NCBI GenBank assembly: GCA_965657355.1
Contig: CBFHOE010000004.1
Location: forward strand, 38,072-102,071
Length of the DNA: 64,000 nt
Direction of reading: 5' to 3'
From: Limisphaerales bacterium
Lineage (GTDB): Bacteria; Verrucomicrobiota; Verrucomicrobiia; Limisphaerales; JAJOIW01
The position numbers were made by a program, and so were the translations under genes. The notes beneath the pieces were generated by a model, which had not been told where the DNA came from, did not search any database, and saw nothing but the letters and a program-made list of their open reading frames with translations. Shown here in pieces: positions 8,265 to 19,274 of this stretch. Positions within the stretch are counted from its first letter, which is position 1. Each line of letters starts with the position of its first letter.

Positions 8265-10294
8265 GGAAAGGAATGTTCTCCTTCCTGTGTTGACCCATTG
8301 AGTGTTAATGAGGAGTCCTGTGTTTGCTCATGCCCTAAATTCTTATGAAAAGCAGAAGGATATTTTTTCAAAATGCTGAGATAAACTTCTCTTGCAATTG
8401 GGGCGCATGTTTTACCTCCGGAGCCTGAGAAATCATTTTCTGCCATCACGACCACAATAAATTTTGGGTCTTCAATGGGTGCCATTGAGGCAAACCAAGT
8501 AGTCTTGTTATTGCTCGATTCAGCTGTTCCTGTTTTTCCACCGATGCTCATGCCTTTTACAAATGCTTTTCGACCCGTGCCGTCATTGTCCTCCACATCG
8601 GCAAGCATAGCTTTTTTGAGATAATTGACCGACCTTTCTTTTAGTTTAATTGATCCCAGAGTTTTGTTTTCAAAATATATATGTTCGGATTTATTTTTAT
8701 CCTTTTCAGATTTCTGAATTGAAGTTACCAGCCTTGGCATAGGGATATAACCATTATTTGCAATGCAACTCATCATTTGAGCGATATGCACCGGAGTTAA
8801 TGCTATTTCGCCTTGGCCGATAGCTAGATTAGCTGTCCTGCCAGCTGTCCATCTCATTCCTCTTCGCGCGATATACTCGTCTGTCGGGATAATTCCTGAG
8901 GCGGATTGGAGGAGGGGAAGGTCGATGGGCTTGTGAAATCCGAATGATTTGCTCAATTCAATTATCGCTTTTCTACCTATGTCCAACCCGTGATCAACAA
9001 AATAATAATTACTAGATCTTTTGAATGCCTTTATAAAATCATATTCGCCCGCTGCTGCCGTATCTCGGATCCTTATTTGATTCGGTCGTTGCCCTTGCAC
9101 GAAGACCCATTGTGTTGAAATGGCAGTATCAGGGTCGAATTCTTCAGATTCGAGTAAAGCCAAAGCGACGGCTATTTTAAATATTGACCCGGGCTGATAC
9201 CTTTCTGCGTGACTTCGATTTCTTAATTTTTTCAAACCACGATCATGAGGCGGATTAATTTTTTCCCATTCCTGATGCGATATCCTAGGAATAAATTGAT
9301 TAGGATCATAACCGGGAACAGAGGCCAAAGCTAATAAGTCACCGTTTTTGCTATTCATAACAACAACGGCTCCTCTTCTGTTTTTATCTGATTTTGACAA
9401 GGCTTCTTGAGCAGCTCTTTGAATATCGGAATCTATCGAGAGGTGAAGGTCATTTCCCGGTGTCGGCTCAATGGTGATGTTCTCGCTGGTTCTGTAGCCA
9501 AGATAATTGACCGTGATGTTTTTGACTCCGGGCTTTCCTTTTAATTCCTCTTCAAAGAATCCTTCTAAACCAGCAACTCCTTTATAATCTTGGAGTTGGT
9601 ATTTTGTTTCTATTTTATCACCATCTTCTTTCGTATTCCGCCTGCGAATCATATAACCAAGTGTTTGGCTGGCTAAACTCCCTTGGGGATATGTCCGCAT
9701 AGGTTGGATATCTATCTCAAACCCAGGGGGAATATTGACTGATTCCAAAAACTTGGTCGCCTGAGCGAGCGAAATGTCTGACATTACGGCGAGCGGCATT
9801 GATAACTGGCGATGGTAATGGTTTTCAAATTCTTTTTCCGAAATAGAGATGTCCTCTCCCATGATTTGGCCCAGTTGACTGAGAAGCCGCTGTATCACAT
9901 TGTATCGTGCCCTCTTATTTATTTGGTTTATTTCTCCTAAGGTGAGCCTTCTTTCTATCCCTTCAGCAGAGGCAATTTTATTAAGGAACTCTTTTTTTAC
10001 GGGATAGTATTCTTTTTGGTAAAGCCCTCTGAGCTCTTCCAGGTACAAATTAATAGTGAAGCTTGGTCTGTTTTCTGCCAGAGAATTTCCTTCTTTATCC
10101 AAGATTTTCCCACGGACTGAAGGCAGTCTCACAGAAACACTATATTGTTTCTGCATTTGTTTTTCATACTCATCCCTATCGACAACTTGGACATTCCAGA
10201 TCCCTACAACTAAAATCAGAAGACAAGTGGCCATGCCCATTGCAAGAAGCAATAGTTTCTTATCCAGTGTCGGGTTGTCCTCTAAACTTCTCAT
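8261..10294 (-). CDS. mrdA: Penicillin-binding protein 2
   Basis: N-terminal TM helix, RGKILD, and the SxxK (SIFK), SxN (SSN) and KTG motifs. Confidence 0.95.
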   Translation of the reverse strand: MRSLEDNPTLDKKLLLLAMGMATCLLILVVGIWNVQVVDRDEYEKQMQKQYSVSVRLPSVRGKILDKEGNSLAENRPSFTINLYLEELRGLYQKEYYPVKKEFLNKIASAEGIERRLTLGEINQINKRARYNVIQRLLSQLGQIMGEDISISEKEFENHYHRQLSMPLAVMSDISLAQATKFLESVNIPPGFEIDIQPMRTYPQGSLASQTLGYMIRRRNTKEDGDKIETKYQLQDYKGVAGLEGFFEEELKGKPGVKNITVNYLGYRTSENITIEPTPGNDLHLSIDSDIQRAAQEALSKSDKNRRGAVVVMNSKNGDLLALASVPGYDPNQFIPRISHQEWEKINPPHDRGLKKLRNRSHAERYQPGSIFKIAVALALLESEEFDPDTAISTQWVFVQGQRPNQIRIRDTAAAGEYDFIKAFKRSSNYYFVDHGLDIGRKAIIELSKSFGFHKPIDLPLLQSASGIIPTDEYIARRGMRWTAGRTANLAIGQGEIALTPVHIAQMMSCIANNGYIPMPRLVTSIQKSEKDKNKSEHIYFENKTLGSIKLKERSVNYLKKAMLADVEDNDGTGRKAFVKGMSIGGKTGTAESSNNKTTWFASMAPIEDPKFIVVVMAENDFSGSGGKTCAPIAREVYLSILKKYPSAFHKNLGHEQTQDSSLTLNGSTQEGEHSFP

Positions 10295-10305
10295 CCTGTT
10301 TTGGT

Positions 10306-10851
10306 TTAGCGCCTTTCGATTTCTCTCATTTCCGATTCACGATAATGGGCTGCAGGTTTGAATTCTAATTGAGCAATTATAAAATCCATCAGATTTTTAA
10401 AAGGTTGTGATAGCAGGCCTATGACCAAACCTGATAGAGCAACGGAGAGTATGAATCTCCAACCAGTAACTGGAGATTCGCCGAATAAAAGCAACAGAAT
10501 AACTGTCAGGCAGGGGTAGAGGCTTCCGGTTATAAACCCCGAAGAAAAATTGGACAGCCACGGCTTCCCAATAAGAGCTTTCCTAGTCTTCATTGATAGC
10601 GCGTTGCATGCGATTAGGGTGAGGATGGAAAGTCCAAGCGGATTCATTGAGAGGCTATCCACCCAGAGACCGACAATAACACAATATATCCAACTGATCT
10701 CTGAAAGCTTTCTTGTCGATGAATAGATAATAGCGAGTGCCGGGAATTGAATATATCCGTGAATCCAAAATCCAATGGAATGAAAACTAATTTGGAGGCA
10801 AACTAGGAAATAAGCGGCAAGAAGGATGGTCAACAATTCGAATTTTTTCAT
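10306..10851 (-). CDS. mreD: Rod shape-determining protein MreD
   Basis: Small polytopic membrane protein with GLWVDSLS, between mreC and mrdA. Confidence 0.85.
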   Translation of the reverse strand: MKKFELLTILLAAYFLVCLQISFHSIGFWIHGYIQFPALAIIYSSTRKLSEISWIYCVIVGLWVDSLSMNPLGLSILTLIACNALSMKTRKALIGKPWLSNFSSGFITGSLYPCLTVILLLLFGESPVTGWRFILSVALSGLVIGLLSQPFKNLMDFIIAQLEFKPAAHYRESEMREIERR

Positions 10852-10852
10852 A

Positions 10853-11656
10853 TTACTGAGCCCTGATTACCCACACATTTTCAACTGAGCCCAGTCGGAC
10901 TGCTAGTTTAATTTTTGCCTGCTTATATTGCCCGTTGCCTACAGATTCACTATCAATGACCTGTCCAATTTTGATTCCTTTGGGAATTCTTTCGCCAAGA
11001 CCGCTCGAAATAACCCAGTCTCCTTGCTTGGGGGAGGAGTAGCTTGGTAGATAATCCATATCCACGATTAAAGGGTTCGCTCTGCTGGAATGGTTTATCT
11101 GAATGATGCCAGCATCCCCAGAAATGAGCATTGCCCCAATTCGACATTTTTCGTCGCCTATGAGCTGAACTTTCGAGAACCCATTTTGGACCTCCAATAT
11201 CTTACCTATCAATCCGCTGCCGGTAATTACTGGCATTCCTGGAGAGATTTCATCCTTACTGCCCAAATCAATATTTACAGTGCGCCACCAGCTAACAGGG
11301 TCACGAAAAATAACTCTCCCAGCTATTAAATCCCAATCGGAGTATTCCGGGATATTAATCAAACTCGAAATCTCATTCAGGCTTCTCTTCAGCTCATCGA
11401 ATTCCTGGACTTTAATCCTCTCTATGGCGAGTTGGCCCTCAAGTCTCTTTATTTTTTGCCGGAGTTCCTTTGGAGATTGAGTTCGAATTGTGGTCTCATT
11501 AACCGACTTCTCCACACTTCTCTTGGCGTTAAAAAACGGAAGGAAAAATCCCGAACTTAGATTTTTTATCTTCTTAGAGGGCCCTGAAGGGACAAGAAGA
11601 AGCCCCGCACCAATGAGCACTGATGCTACTAATAAAATAGCTTTTGACTTTTTCAT
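10853..11656 (-). CDS. mreC: Rod shape-determining protein MreC
   Basis: TM helix plus coiled coil, then IDLGSKDEI.PGMPV..GLIGKI and GDWVISSGLG..IPKGI. ATG at 11656 preferred. Confidence 0.93.
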   Translation of the reverse strand: MKKSKAILLVASVLIGAGLLLVPSGPSKKIKNLSSGFFLPFFNAKRSVEKSVNETTIRTQSPKELRQKIKRLEGQLAIERIKVQEFDELKRSLNEISSLINIPEYSDWDLIAGRVIFRDPVSWWRTVNIDLGSKDEISPGMPVITGSGLIGKILEVQNGFSKVQLIGDEKCRIGAMLISGDAGIIQINHSSRANPLIVDMDYLPSYSSPKQGDWVISSGLGERIPKGIKIGQVIDSESVGNGQYKQAKIKLAVRLGSVENVWVIRAQ

Positions 11657-11727
11657 GCCTGCGATAAATATCCAATCCAATCTGAATTGAAGTCACCAGC
11701 TGGCCTGAAGATTTTATTTAGTGATAA

Positions 11728-12750
11728 TCAACTTCCCTGAGTTGCCCCGTTAATCAAGTCTAATTGGCTCAAGATTCTTCCAGTTCCTTCGGCCACGCCA
11801 GTCAAAGGGTCATCAGCAATGTGTACTGGTAATCCCGTTTCTTGACTAATTAGCCGGTCTATTCCACGAAGTAGGGCACCACCACCAGCCACAACGATTC
11901 CTCGATCAACAAGATCAGCCGAAAGTTCTGGTGGGCACCGCTCCAATGTGATGCGGATGGATTCTAAAATACTCGATAAAGGTTCTCTCAGGGCATCACG
12001 AATTTCTTCAGACCTAACCACAATGGTTTTAGGCAGGCCGGCACCTAAATCCCGGCCTTTGACTTCAATGCTGAGTTCTTCTTCAAGCGGGAATGCTGAG
12101 CCAATGGACTTTTTAATGTCTTCCGCGGTCCTCTCTCCAATCATCAAATTGTAGGCTCGCTTAAGATACGCAATAATGGTTTGGTCGAATTCATCACCAC
12201 CGACCCTGAGACTTCTGCTGAATACTATTCCCGCAAGCGATATGACTGCAATTTCACAGGTTCCGCCTCCGATATCGACGATCATATTTCCTGCTGGTTC
12301 CTGAACCGGCAATCCAACACCTATCGCCGATGCCATAGGTTGCTCCACAAGAATGACATCGCGAGCTCCCGCACGCGTTGCGCTGTCTTGCACGGCACGC
12401 TTTTCAACTTCAGTTATGCCAGAGGGAACAGCAACAACAACTCTCGGTGGAATCAATTTCCGGTTTTGAACTTTCTGGATAAAATATCGGAGCATAGATT
12501 CGGTAATCTCAAAATCTGCTATAACTCCGTCTTTCATCGGCCTGATTGCCACGATGTTACCAGGTGTCCTACCCAACATCCGTTTGGCTTCCTCTCCAAC
12601 TGCAAGAACATTATTTGTGTTCTTCTGGACCGCCACCACACTCGGCTCTCTTAGTACAATACCGTTGTCTTTAACATAGACCAAGGAATTGGCTGTTCCT
12701 AAGTCGATGCCGACATCATTTGAAAAAAGTCTCTTTATTTTCTCAAGCAT
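11728..12750 (-). CDS. mreB: Actin-like MreB
   Basis: [27 protein letters not shown] and GGGALL motifs. Confidence 0.98.
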   Translation of the reverse strand: MLEKIKRLFSNDVGIDLGTANSLVYVKDNGIVLREPSVVAVQKNTNNVLAVGEEAKRMLGRTPGNIVAIRPMKDGVIADFEITESMLRYFIQKVQNRKLIPPRVVVAVPSGITEVEKRAVQDSATRAGARDVILVEQPMASAIGVGLPVQEPAGNMIVDIGGGTCEIAVISLAGIVFSRSLRVGGDEFDQTIIAYLKRAYNLMIGERTAEDIKKSIGSAFPLEEELSIEVKGRDLGAGLPKTIVVRSEEIRDALREPLSSILESIRITLERCPPELSADLVDRGIVVAGGGALLRGIDRLISQETGLPVHIADDPLTGVAEGTGRILSQLDLINGATQGS

Positions 12751-12794
12751 TCACACTTGACCCGTTAAACTTCATGATCCAAGTTTGAAGCAGA

Positions 12795-13715
12795 GTGGTC
12801 AAGCAATTATCACAAACAGTTAACAGTGTGTATGTGTGTGTGCGTCTTTTATTCTTGGTCGTCACATTCAGCTTATTGGTATTTCCTTCCAGTTCATTTG
12901 GTTATACGGATTCGACGTCGACTTTCGATGATTTCCTCAGATTTGTCGAATTGGAGAATAAAAGAGGAAAAGTTGAAACCAGCATAATCACATACACTAA
13001 CACAAAAGGAACGTCGGTGGATCTCATAGGCGTCGTTCATATTGGAGAAAAGGATTATTACCAGGCCCTGGAAGATCATTTTGAAAAAATGGACGCCCTG
13101 CTATATGAAATGGTCAAACCTAAAAACTCAAACCCAGAAGAGCTTCGTAAATCGAAAAGCAGGGTGAGTAGTTTACAGAGATTTTTGAAGAATACTTTAC
13201 GATTGGAATTTCAATTGGACGTCATCGATTACAATAAGAAAAATTTTATTCATGCTGACATGACGCCCACCTCGTTTTCAAAGGCCCAAGAAAAGCAGGG
13301 GGAATCCCTTTTGGGGCTCTTGTTTGAGTCTGCAATGGGTCAGCAGGCTGCCATGACGCCTGGCGATGCTGTCAGGGAAAATCTTCGATTTTTAGCAGCT
13401 CTGACAAATCGAAACAGGAACCACGCATTAAAAATGTTTCTGGGTCGACAACTGGGTGAAATGGAAAAAGCTGTCTTGGGCTTTGGTAATGGCGACAAAA
13501 CTGGTGAGGATTCTGGAACAGTACTTCTCGAAGGTCGCAATAAAGTGGCGATTAAAACGCTTCGTCGAACTATCAGGCGAAATAATTTTAAAAGAATTGG
13601 CATTTTTTATGGTGCCGCACACATGCCTGATATGGAAAAAAGGTTGTTGAAAATGGGTTTCAAAAAACAAAGAACTCAGTGGCTTGTGGCTTGGGATATG
13701 ACTCAAGCTGAATAA
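12795..13715 (+). CDS. Secreted TraB/GumN-like hypothetical protein
   Basis: Signal peptide plus LIGVVHIG, RN and FYGAAHM motifs resembling the TraB/GumN fold. Start uncertain. Confidence 0.6.
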   Translation: MVKQLSQTVNSVYVCVRLLFLVVTFSLLVFPSSSFGYTDSTSTFDDFLRFVELENKRGKVETSIITYTNTKGTSVDLIGVVHIGEKDYYQALEDHFEKMDALLYEMVKPKNSNPEELRKSKSRVSSLQRFLKNTLRLEFQLDVIDYNKKNFIHADMTPTSFSKAQEKQGESLLGLLFESAMGQQAAMTPGDAVRENLRFLAALTNRNRNHALKMFLGRQLGEMEKAVLGFGNGDKTGEDSGTVLLEGRNKVAIKTLRRTIRRNNFKRIGIFYGAAHMPDMEKRLLKMGFKKQRTQWLVAWDMTQAE

Positions 13716-13807
13716 ATTAAGATGTGGTGCGACAGGTTCTTTTAAGTATGAAAATGCTATTTTTAAATTTCACTCTGTATATACAAGGGTTGCAATAACC
13801 CAACTTA

Positions 13808-14692
13808 TTGCAAGAATATGCATCGATGTTGTTCCTGCCTCCAAGAAAATCAGAGGGTTTCGAGTTAGTAGGGGTTATTCTACTTTCTGTCGTTGCTCTG
13901 ACTATCATATCGTGCGGTATTCAAACCGATCCAGAAGAAAACAGTAATCCCAAAATTAAGCCACTCAAAGTTGGGATGGAACTGGCATATCCCCCATTTG
14001 AAATGGTTGACGATAAAGGCTCTCCCAGCGGGGTCAGCGTTGAAATCGCTAAAAGTTTAGCCAAGGATCTTGGAAGGCCATTAGAAATACAAAATATCGA
14101 GTTTTCCGGTCTCATAGAATCCTTGAGATCTGGAAAAATTGATATCATTATTTCATCGCTAACTGCTACAGACCGAAGAAGGCGGGTTATTGATTTTTCG
14201 AATGGTTATGTCTCAACCGGTCTTTGTTTACTTCTTTCAAATGAAAACGCTTCGCAATTATCCATCGAAAATTTGAATGATGCAAAATACACTGTTGCCG
14301 TTAAACGAGGGACCACAGGACATGTATTTGCCGACAGCTCTTTAGGTTTAGCCAAGGTAAGGGTTTTAGAAAATGAAGACGCCTGTGTTTTGGAGGTTAT
14401 TCAAGGAAAAGCTGACGCATTTATATACGACCAAATGTCGGTTTTTCGGCATTGGAACAAAAATAGGAAAACGACAAAAGCCAATTTGAAACCATTTCAG
14501 CAAGAATTTTGGTCCATTGGCATTGCCAAAAATCGAAGCGATTTGAAAGACAGGATCAACACGTTTCTTGGCAAATACAATTCTTCTGGGGGATTCGATG
14601 ATCTCGCAGATCGATTTTTGCCAGATGAAAAAGCAGCCTTTGAAGAGTTAGGGTATCCATTTATTTTCCAGATATCTGGCGCAGCTCAATGA
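13808..14692 (+). CDS. Polar amino-acid ABC transporter substrate-binding lipoprotein
   Basis: Lipobox-like IISC, then YPPFE, GKIDIIISSLTAT.RR and GTTG. Start uncertain. Confidence 0.92.
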   Translation: MQEYASMLFLPPRKSEGFELVGVILLSVVALTIISCGIQTDPEENSNPKIKPLKVGMELAYPPFEMVDDKGSPSGVSVEIAKSLAKDLGRPLEIQNIEFSGLIESLRSGKIDIIISSLTATDRRRRVIDFSNGYVSTGLCLLLSNENASQLSIENLNDAKYTVAVKRGTTGHVFADSSLGLAKVRVLENEDACVLEVIQGKADAFIYDQMSVFRHWNKNRKTTKANLKPFQQEFWSIGIAKNRSDLKDRINTFLGKYNSSGGFDDLADRFLPDEKAAFEELGYPFIFQISGAAQ

Positions 14693-15507
14693 ATGGCAAG
14701 TTGAAAGAATGGTTTCTTCTTCCTAGAAGTGCTGGAGGGACCTCAGACGCTATGAGTGCAAAAAAATCTGCATTCATACAATCCATTTATACGGTGCTAT
14801 GCATAATTTTAGGTGGTGCCATTCTCTTTGGGTTTTTATTTTTAAGCAACAGGGAGTGGGAGTGGGAAAGTGTATTGGATTACAAAAACCTTTTCATCAA
14901 AGGGTGGTTCATCACTCTTGGAGTATCTTTTTTTAGCCTTTTGATAAGTTTCATGCTTGGGGCCTTGCTTGCTTATTTTCAAATGAGCCGATGGAGAATC
15001 TTTAGAGCATTGGGAAAGGTGGTTGTTGAATTTTTTCGTGGCACTCCATTACTCGTTCAAATCATGTTCTTTTTCTATGTTGTTGCTGATGGACTTGGAA
15101 TCGGCAACAGGTATGTTGTTGGGGTTCTCACACTTTCATTGTATGCTGGTACCTACATCGCTGAAATACTGCGAGGTGGTATCCAGTCAGCTGGTAAAGC
15201 TCAAATGCTAGCATCCACGGCTATTGGGATGACCCAGTTTGAGAGTTATCGCTACATCATTATTCCTCAAACTATTAGAGCTGTTCTTCCATCATTAGCA
15301 GGCCAATTTGTTGCTCTGATAAAAAACTCATCTTTATTGAGCGTAATAGCAGTGGAAGAATATACCTATGTCGCTCGCTCTGTGAATTCAATTACATACA
15401 GTACTTTGGAAAGTTATCTCCCACTACTCTTTGGATACTTTATTCTTACTTTAGCTGTCTCCTTATTAAGTAAATGGATAGAAAAAAAATTACAATATGA
15501 GAATTGA
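14689..15507 (+). CDS. Polar amino-acid ABC transporter permease
   Basis: FRGTPLLVQ, AEILRGGI and IKNSSL (HisM/GlnP family). Confidence 0.95.
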   Translation: MNGKLKEWFLLPRSAGGTSDAMSAKKSAFIQSIYTVLCIILGGAILFGFLFLSNREWEWESVLDYKNLFIKGWFITLGVSFFSLLISFMLGALLAYFQMSRWRIFRALGKVVVEFFRGTPLLVQIMFFFYVVADGLGIGNRYVVGVLTLSLYAGTYIAEILRGGIQSAGKAQMLASTAIGMTQFESYRYIIIPQTIRAVLPSLAGQFVALIKNSSLLSVIAVEEYTYVARSVNSITYSTLESYLPLLFGYFILTLAVSLLSKWIEKKLQYEN

Positions 15508-16228
15508 GGTCAAAAATATTAGCATCCAATACCATGTTCAAAAGGTTCTCAATGAGGTGTCTTTGATCATAAAAGAGGACAGGATTTCGTGGATCATAGG
15601 AGCTTCTGGAAGTGGTAAATCAACGCTCATGAGAATTCTTGCAGGCCTTGAGTTGCCTTCGAGTGGAGAGCTAGTTGTTGATGGGGTGGTGCTGCCGAAT
15701 GATGAACGTGCTAGAATCTCTTTTCGAAAATCCATCTCAATAGTTTTTCAACAATCCAATCTATTTAAACATTTGAATGCCATTGAAAATATCGCATTGC
15801 CGCTTGAGGTGGTTCATGGTTGGGAGAGAAAAGCAGCCATTGAACATGCACACAGTTTATTGAAAGACTTTGCCCTGGATGGGCACGAGAAAAAATACCC
15901 ATCTCAGCTGTCTGGTGGGCAACAGCAAAGGGTCGCTATTGCTAGGGCCCTTTCGACAAACCCGAAAATCGTTTTCCTTGACGAGCCAACATCTGCTCTC
16001 GATCAGGAGCGATCAGTAGAAGTTCTTGATGCCATACAAAAACTTCATGCCCAGGGTGTTCCCATGGTTTTTGTGACTCATGAATTGAGGTTCGCCAGGT
16101 CTATTGGCGGAGACGTTTACTATTTAAAAGACGGAAAAGTAATGGAATCAGGTCCGTCTGATAAAATACTGGAATCCCCCGAAACGACCGGATTGAAAAA
16201 TTTTATTAGATTTATAGATCGGTATTAA
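15497..16228 (+). CDS. Polar amino-acid ABC transporter ATPase
   Basis: GASGSGKS, LSGGQQQRVAIARAL and DEPTSALD. Confidence 0.95.
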   Translation: MRIEVKNISIQYHVQKVLNEVSLIIKEDRISWIIGASGSGKSTLMRILAGLELPSSGELVVDGVVLPNDERARISFRKSISIVFQQSNLFKHLNAIENIALPLEVVHGWERKAAIEHAHSLLKDFALDGHEKKYPSQLSGGQQQRVAIARALSTNPKIVFLDEPTSALDQERSVEVLDAIQKLHAQGVPMVFVTHELRFARSIGGDVYYLKDGKVMESGPSDKILESPETTGLKNFIRFIDRY

Positions 16229-16229
16229 A

Positions 16230-16640
16230 ATGAATTATCAAATAAATATGATGCGAATTGGGGCATTCGCTGGGTTTTTATGTGTCAGTATAGGCGCTTT
16301 CGGGGCACATGGACTCGAGGCGATATTAATGGAGAATAAAAGGATATCTACATGGGAAACGGGTGTTTTCTATCATTGTTTTCATTCGCTGGCATTGATT
16401 GTGACGGCATGGACGGAAAATCGCAAAGTAGCCAAATGGCTAACCATTTTTTGGGGAAGTGGTATACTGATTTTTAGTGGTAGTCTTTATATATTATCGC
16501 TAACAAATATCGGTATCTTTGGAGCGATTACCCCTATAGGCGGAATACTTTTTCTTTCAGGTTGGGTTTGTCTCATGGTCAATGCCAATAAACTAAAAAA
16601 TTCAGCCAGATCGTCAGAATCCGACCTGGCTGGTTCATAA
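16230..16640 (+). CDS. DUF423 (YgdD/TMEM256) membrane protein
   Basis: GAFGAHGL, FSGSLY and ITPIGG motifs. Confidence 0.93.
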   Translation: MNYQINMMRIGAFAGFLCVSIGAFGAHGLEAILMENKRISTWETGVFYHCFHSLALIVTAWTENRKVAKWLTIFWGSGILIFSGSLYILSLTNIGIFGAITPIGGILFLSGWVCLMVNANKLKNSARSSESDLAGS

Positions 16641-16692
16641 GCCTTTATTTTATAGATCTTGTGAGGCCCCGTAGAGGAATCACTTCATGTGC

Positions 16693-18066
16693 TTACTCAA
16701 GAGATTTCTGCCATGGAACAGCTCCAGCTTTTTGAATTTGCTGTCTCAATTCTCCAGCCAATTCATTGAAGATTTTTTTGTTTTCACCTGCTAGATTGTT
16801 TTTTTCTTGTGGGTCTTCATCAAGGTTGTATAGCTCCAGCTCTGTGTATGGATTATTGTGGACAAGTTTCCATGGACCTTTTCTCACTGCATAATGGTCT
16901 TGCCCTTGATACCGACTATTACCCTCTCTTCTCACCCAAAAAAGAGTTCTTTCGATCTGAGTTTGATCTGCATTATTGGTGAGTGTATCTAGAATACTCA
17001 TGCCATCTATTTTATGCTGGATAGGGTATCCTGCGATTTCGCAAATGGTGGGGTAGAGATCCATGGTCATTGAAACAAGCGAAGACGTAGAGTTTGGTTT
17101 TATTTTTTTGGGCCAGACGGCGCACATCGGGACTTTGATTCCTCCTTCAAACATATCCTGTTTGCCACCCCTGAGATCGCCGCAATTGGCTCCGACATTG
17201 ATTTGGCCACCATTATCGCTGGTAAAGATGATGAGTGTATTATCGTATTGGCCATTGTCTTTTAAAGCTTTAATAACCTTACCAATGCCATAATCCATGT
17301 GCTCTATTAATGCCACCAGTTTTATTCTATCATCAGAGATCTCTTTTTCTCTTTCTCTGACTCTAATATACCATGCTCTTGGGGGCTGAATTGGTGTATG
17401 TGGGGCGTTGTATGCAAGGTAAAGAAAGAAAGGAGCCTCTTCTTTTCGGCACTCGTTAATATAATCAACAGCCCAATTGGAAAATAAATCTGTAGCATGC
17501 CCTTTGGGTCGGAAAGATTCCATTTGGTCTCGCATATAATTTTTTCCATGTCGGCGATGGGTGTAATAATTATCCATCATGTCACCAAGAAAGCCCTTGA
17601 AATAATCAAACCCTTTATTCAAAGGGTGGTTTTCTTTTTCAAGTCCCAAGTGCCACTTGCCGACCATGCCCGTGTTATACCCGGTTTTATTTAGCATTTC
17701 CGGAAGTAGTTTTGTTTTCGGATTAAGGTAACCCCAATTGTCTTTGGCAAAAGTTCTTATAACACCTGGAACACCCACCATTTCGGGAAATCTACCTGAG
17801 AGAAGTGAAGCTCTAGTTGGTGAACAAACCGGGCAGTTCGCATAGAAATTGTTGAGCCTTATACCGTCGCTCATGAGCTTGTCGATATGCGGAGACTTTA
17901 GATCGGTGGCCCCATATGAAGATAAATCACCATATCCGAGGTCATCGACCATTATGACGACAATATTGGGACGATCAGATCGGCTCTGCGCTGACAAATC
18001 CCCAACGAAAAATTGGGAGACCAGTGCAAGGACAATCACAAAGGAGAATTTTCTAATTGTTTGCAT
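16693..18066 (-). CDS. Secreted formylglycine-dependent sulfatase (S1)
   Basis: Signal peptide, DDLG, CSPTR (CxPxR), GKWHLG and SDNG. Confidence 0.96.
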   Translation of the reverse strand: MQTIRKFSFVIVLALVSQFFVGDLSAQSRSDRPNIVVIMVDDLGYGDLSSYGATDLKSPHIDKLMSDGIRLNNFYANCPVCSPTRASLLSGRFPEMVGVPGVIRTFAKDNWGYLNPKTKLLPEMLNKTGYNTGMVGKWHLGLEKENHPLNKGFDYFKGFLGDMMDNYYTHRRHGKNYMRDQMESFRPKGHATDLFSNWAVDYINECRKEEAPFFLYLAYNAPHTPIQPPRAWYIRVREREKEISDDRIKLVALIEHMDYGIGKVIKALKDNGQYDNTLIIFTSDNGGQINVGANCGDLRGGKQDMFEGGIKVPMCAVWPKKIKPNSTSSLVSMTMDLYPTICEIAGYPIQHKIDGMSILDTLTNNADQTQIERTLFWVRREGNSRYQGQDHYAVRKGPWKLVHNNPYTELELYNLDEDPQEKNNLAGENKKIFNELAGELRQQIQKAGAVPWQKSLE

Positions 18067-18110
18067 GACATCTATTAATAAACCAAAAACACTCTAAAAT
18101 AGAAGAACTA

Positions 18111-19274
18111 TCATAAGGCAATGAATTTTTTCAAACAATCGCATATATAATCAATCTGGTCTAATTTCAGGTCATGAAAGAGTGGTAGTGCAAGACCTTG
18201 ATGGTGTAATTTAAAAGAATTGGGAAGGTCATCATCTTTAAATCCAAAATTTTGCTTAAAGAAATCCAAACAATGTCCTGCCACAGACGCAGGACCGCAT
18301 CCGATTTTATGATTGCCCATCAGAAGGATGACTTTGTCCCTGTTTATTGAGTTATCTAAAACCACCATAAAAGTCTGCCAGGAGTGACCAGCATCAGCTG
18401 GAGGTAAATCAATGCCTGCCGTTCCGGCCAGGTTTGTGATATATCGCTCGACAAGTTCTTTCCGTCTTTGGAGTATAGTTGGAAATTCTTTTAGTTGGCT
18501 GTTGCCTATTGCTGCCTGGATATCTGTGATCCTGTAATTAAATCCCGCGCTAACAAATGTCTTGCTTCCATTTGACTCGATAGCTTGTCCATGGTTTCTC
18601 AGATGCTCTATGGAGAATTTTATGTCCGAGCTATTAGTTATAACACACCCACCTTCTCCCGTGGTTATTGATTTTCTTGGATGAAAGCTAAAAATCCCAC
18701 ATTCTCCGTATGTCCCTACCGGTTTTCCTTTATATGTCGTTCCCAATGCACAAGCGGCGTCCTCAATAACTCTGAGTCTATGTCGCTTGGCAATTTCAAT
18801 CAATTCGTCCAATGGGGCTGGTTTTCCGAATTCATGAATAATGACCAGTAATCCATCACCTTTTCCGCATGAGCCATTCTTTTCCTCCTTTTTTATGGCT
18901 TCTAGTAAGTGCCCTGGACTTATATTCGCACTTTTTAAGTCGACATCGGTGAAGACCGGCTTGTAACCGGATCTGACTGCCATATTTGCCGCAGATGGCC
19001 AAGCAAAAGAGGGAATATAGCATGGTGCCCCATGGCCCTCAGCAGCGCTCAGTGAAAGCATCGCCAAGTGAAGGCCGGCAGTCGCAGACGAAACAGAGCA
19101 CCCATGGTGAGCTCCATGCCTACGTGCAATTGTTGTCTCAAGAGTTTGGGCTTCCTTCCCCATAATGACCCAGCCACTCTTAAGAACATTCTCGACTGCC
19201 TCCAAGGTGCCTGGATTGAACCAAGGCTTTGCCATGGGAATAGCAGGTTGATCTGATTCAGGCTTTGAGGTCAT
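18111..19274 (-). CDS. DegT/DnrJ/EryC1/StrS sugar aminotransferase
   Basis: IEDAACALG and FSFHPRKSITTGEGG (PLP lysine). Confidence 0.95.
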   Translation of the reverse strand: MTSKPESDQPAIPMAKPWFNPGTLEAVENVLKSGWVIMGKEAQTLETTIARRHGAHHGCSVSSATAGLHLAMLSLSAAEGHGAPCYIPSFAWPSAANMAVRSGYKPVFTDVDLKSANISPGHLLEAIKKEEKNGSCGKGDGLLVIIHEFGKPAPLDELIEIAKRHRLRVIEDAACALGTTYKGKPVGTYGECGIFSFHPRKSITTGEGGCVITNSSDIKFSIEHLRNHGQAIESNGSKTFVSAGFNYRITDIQAAIGNSQLKEFPTILQRRKELVERYITNLAGTAGIDLPPADAGHSWQTFMVVLDNSINRDKVILLMGNHKIGCGPASVAGHCLDFFKQNFGFKDDDLPNSFKLHHQGLALPLFHDLKLDQIDYICDCLKKFIAL

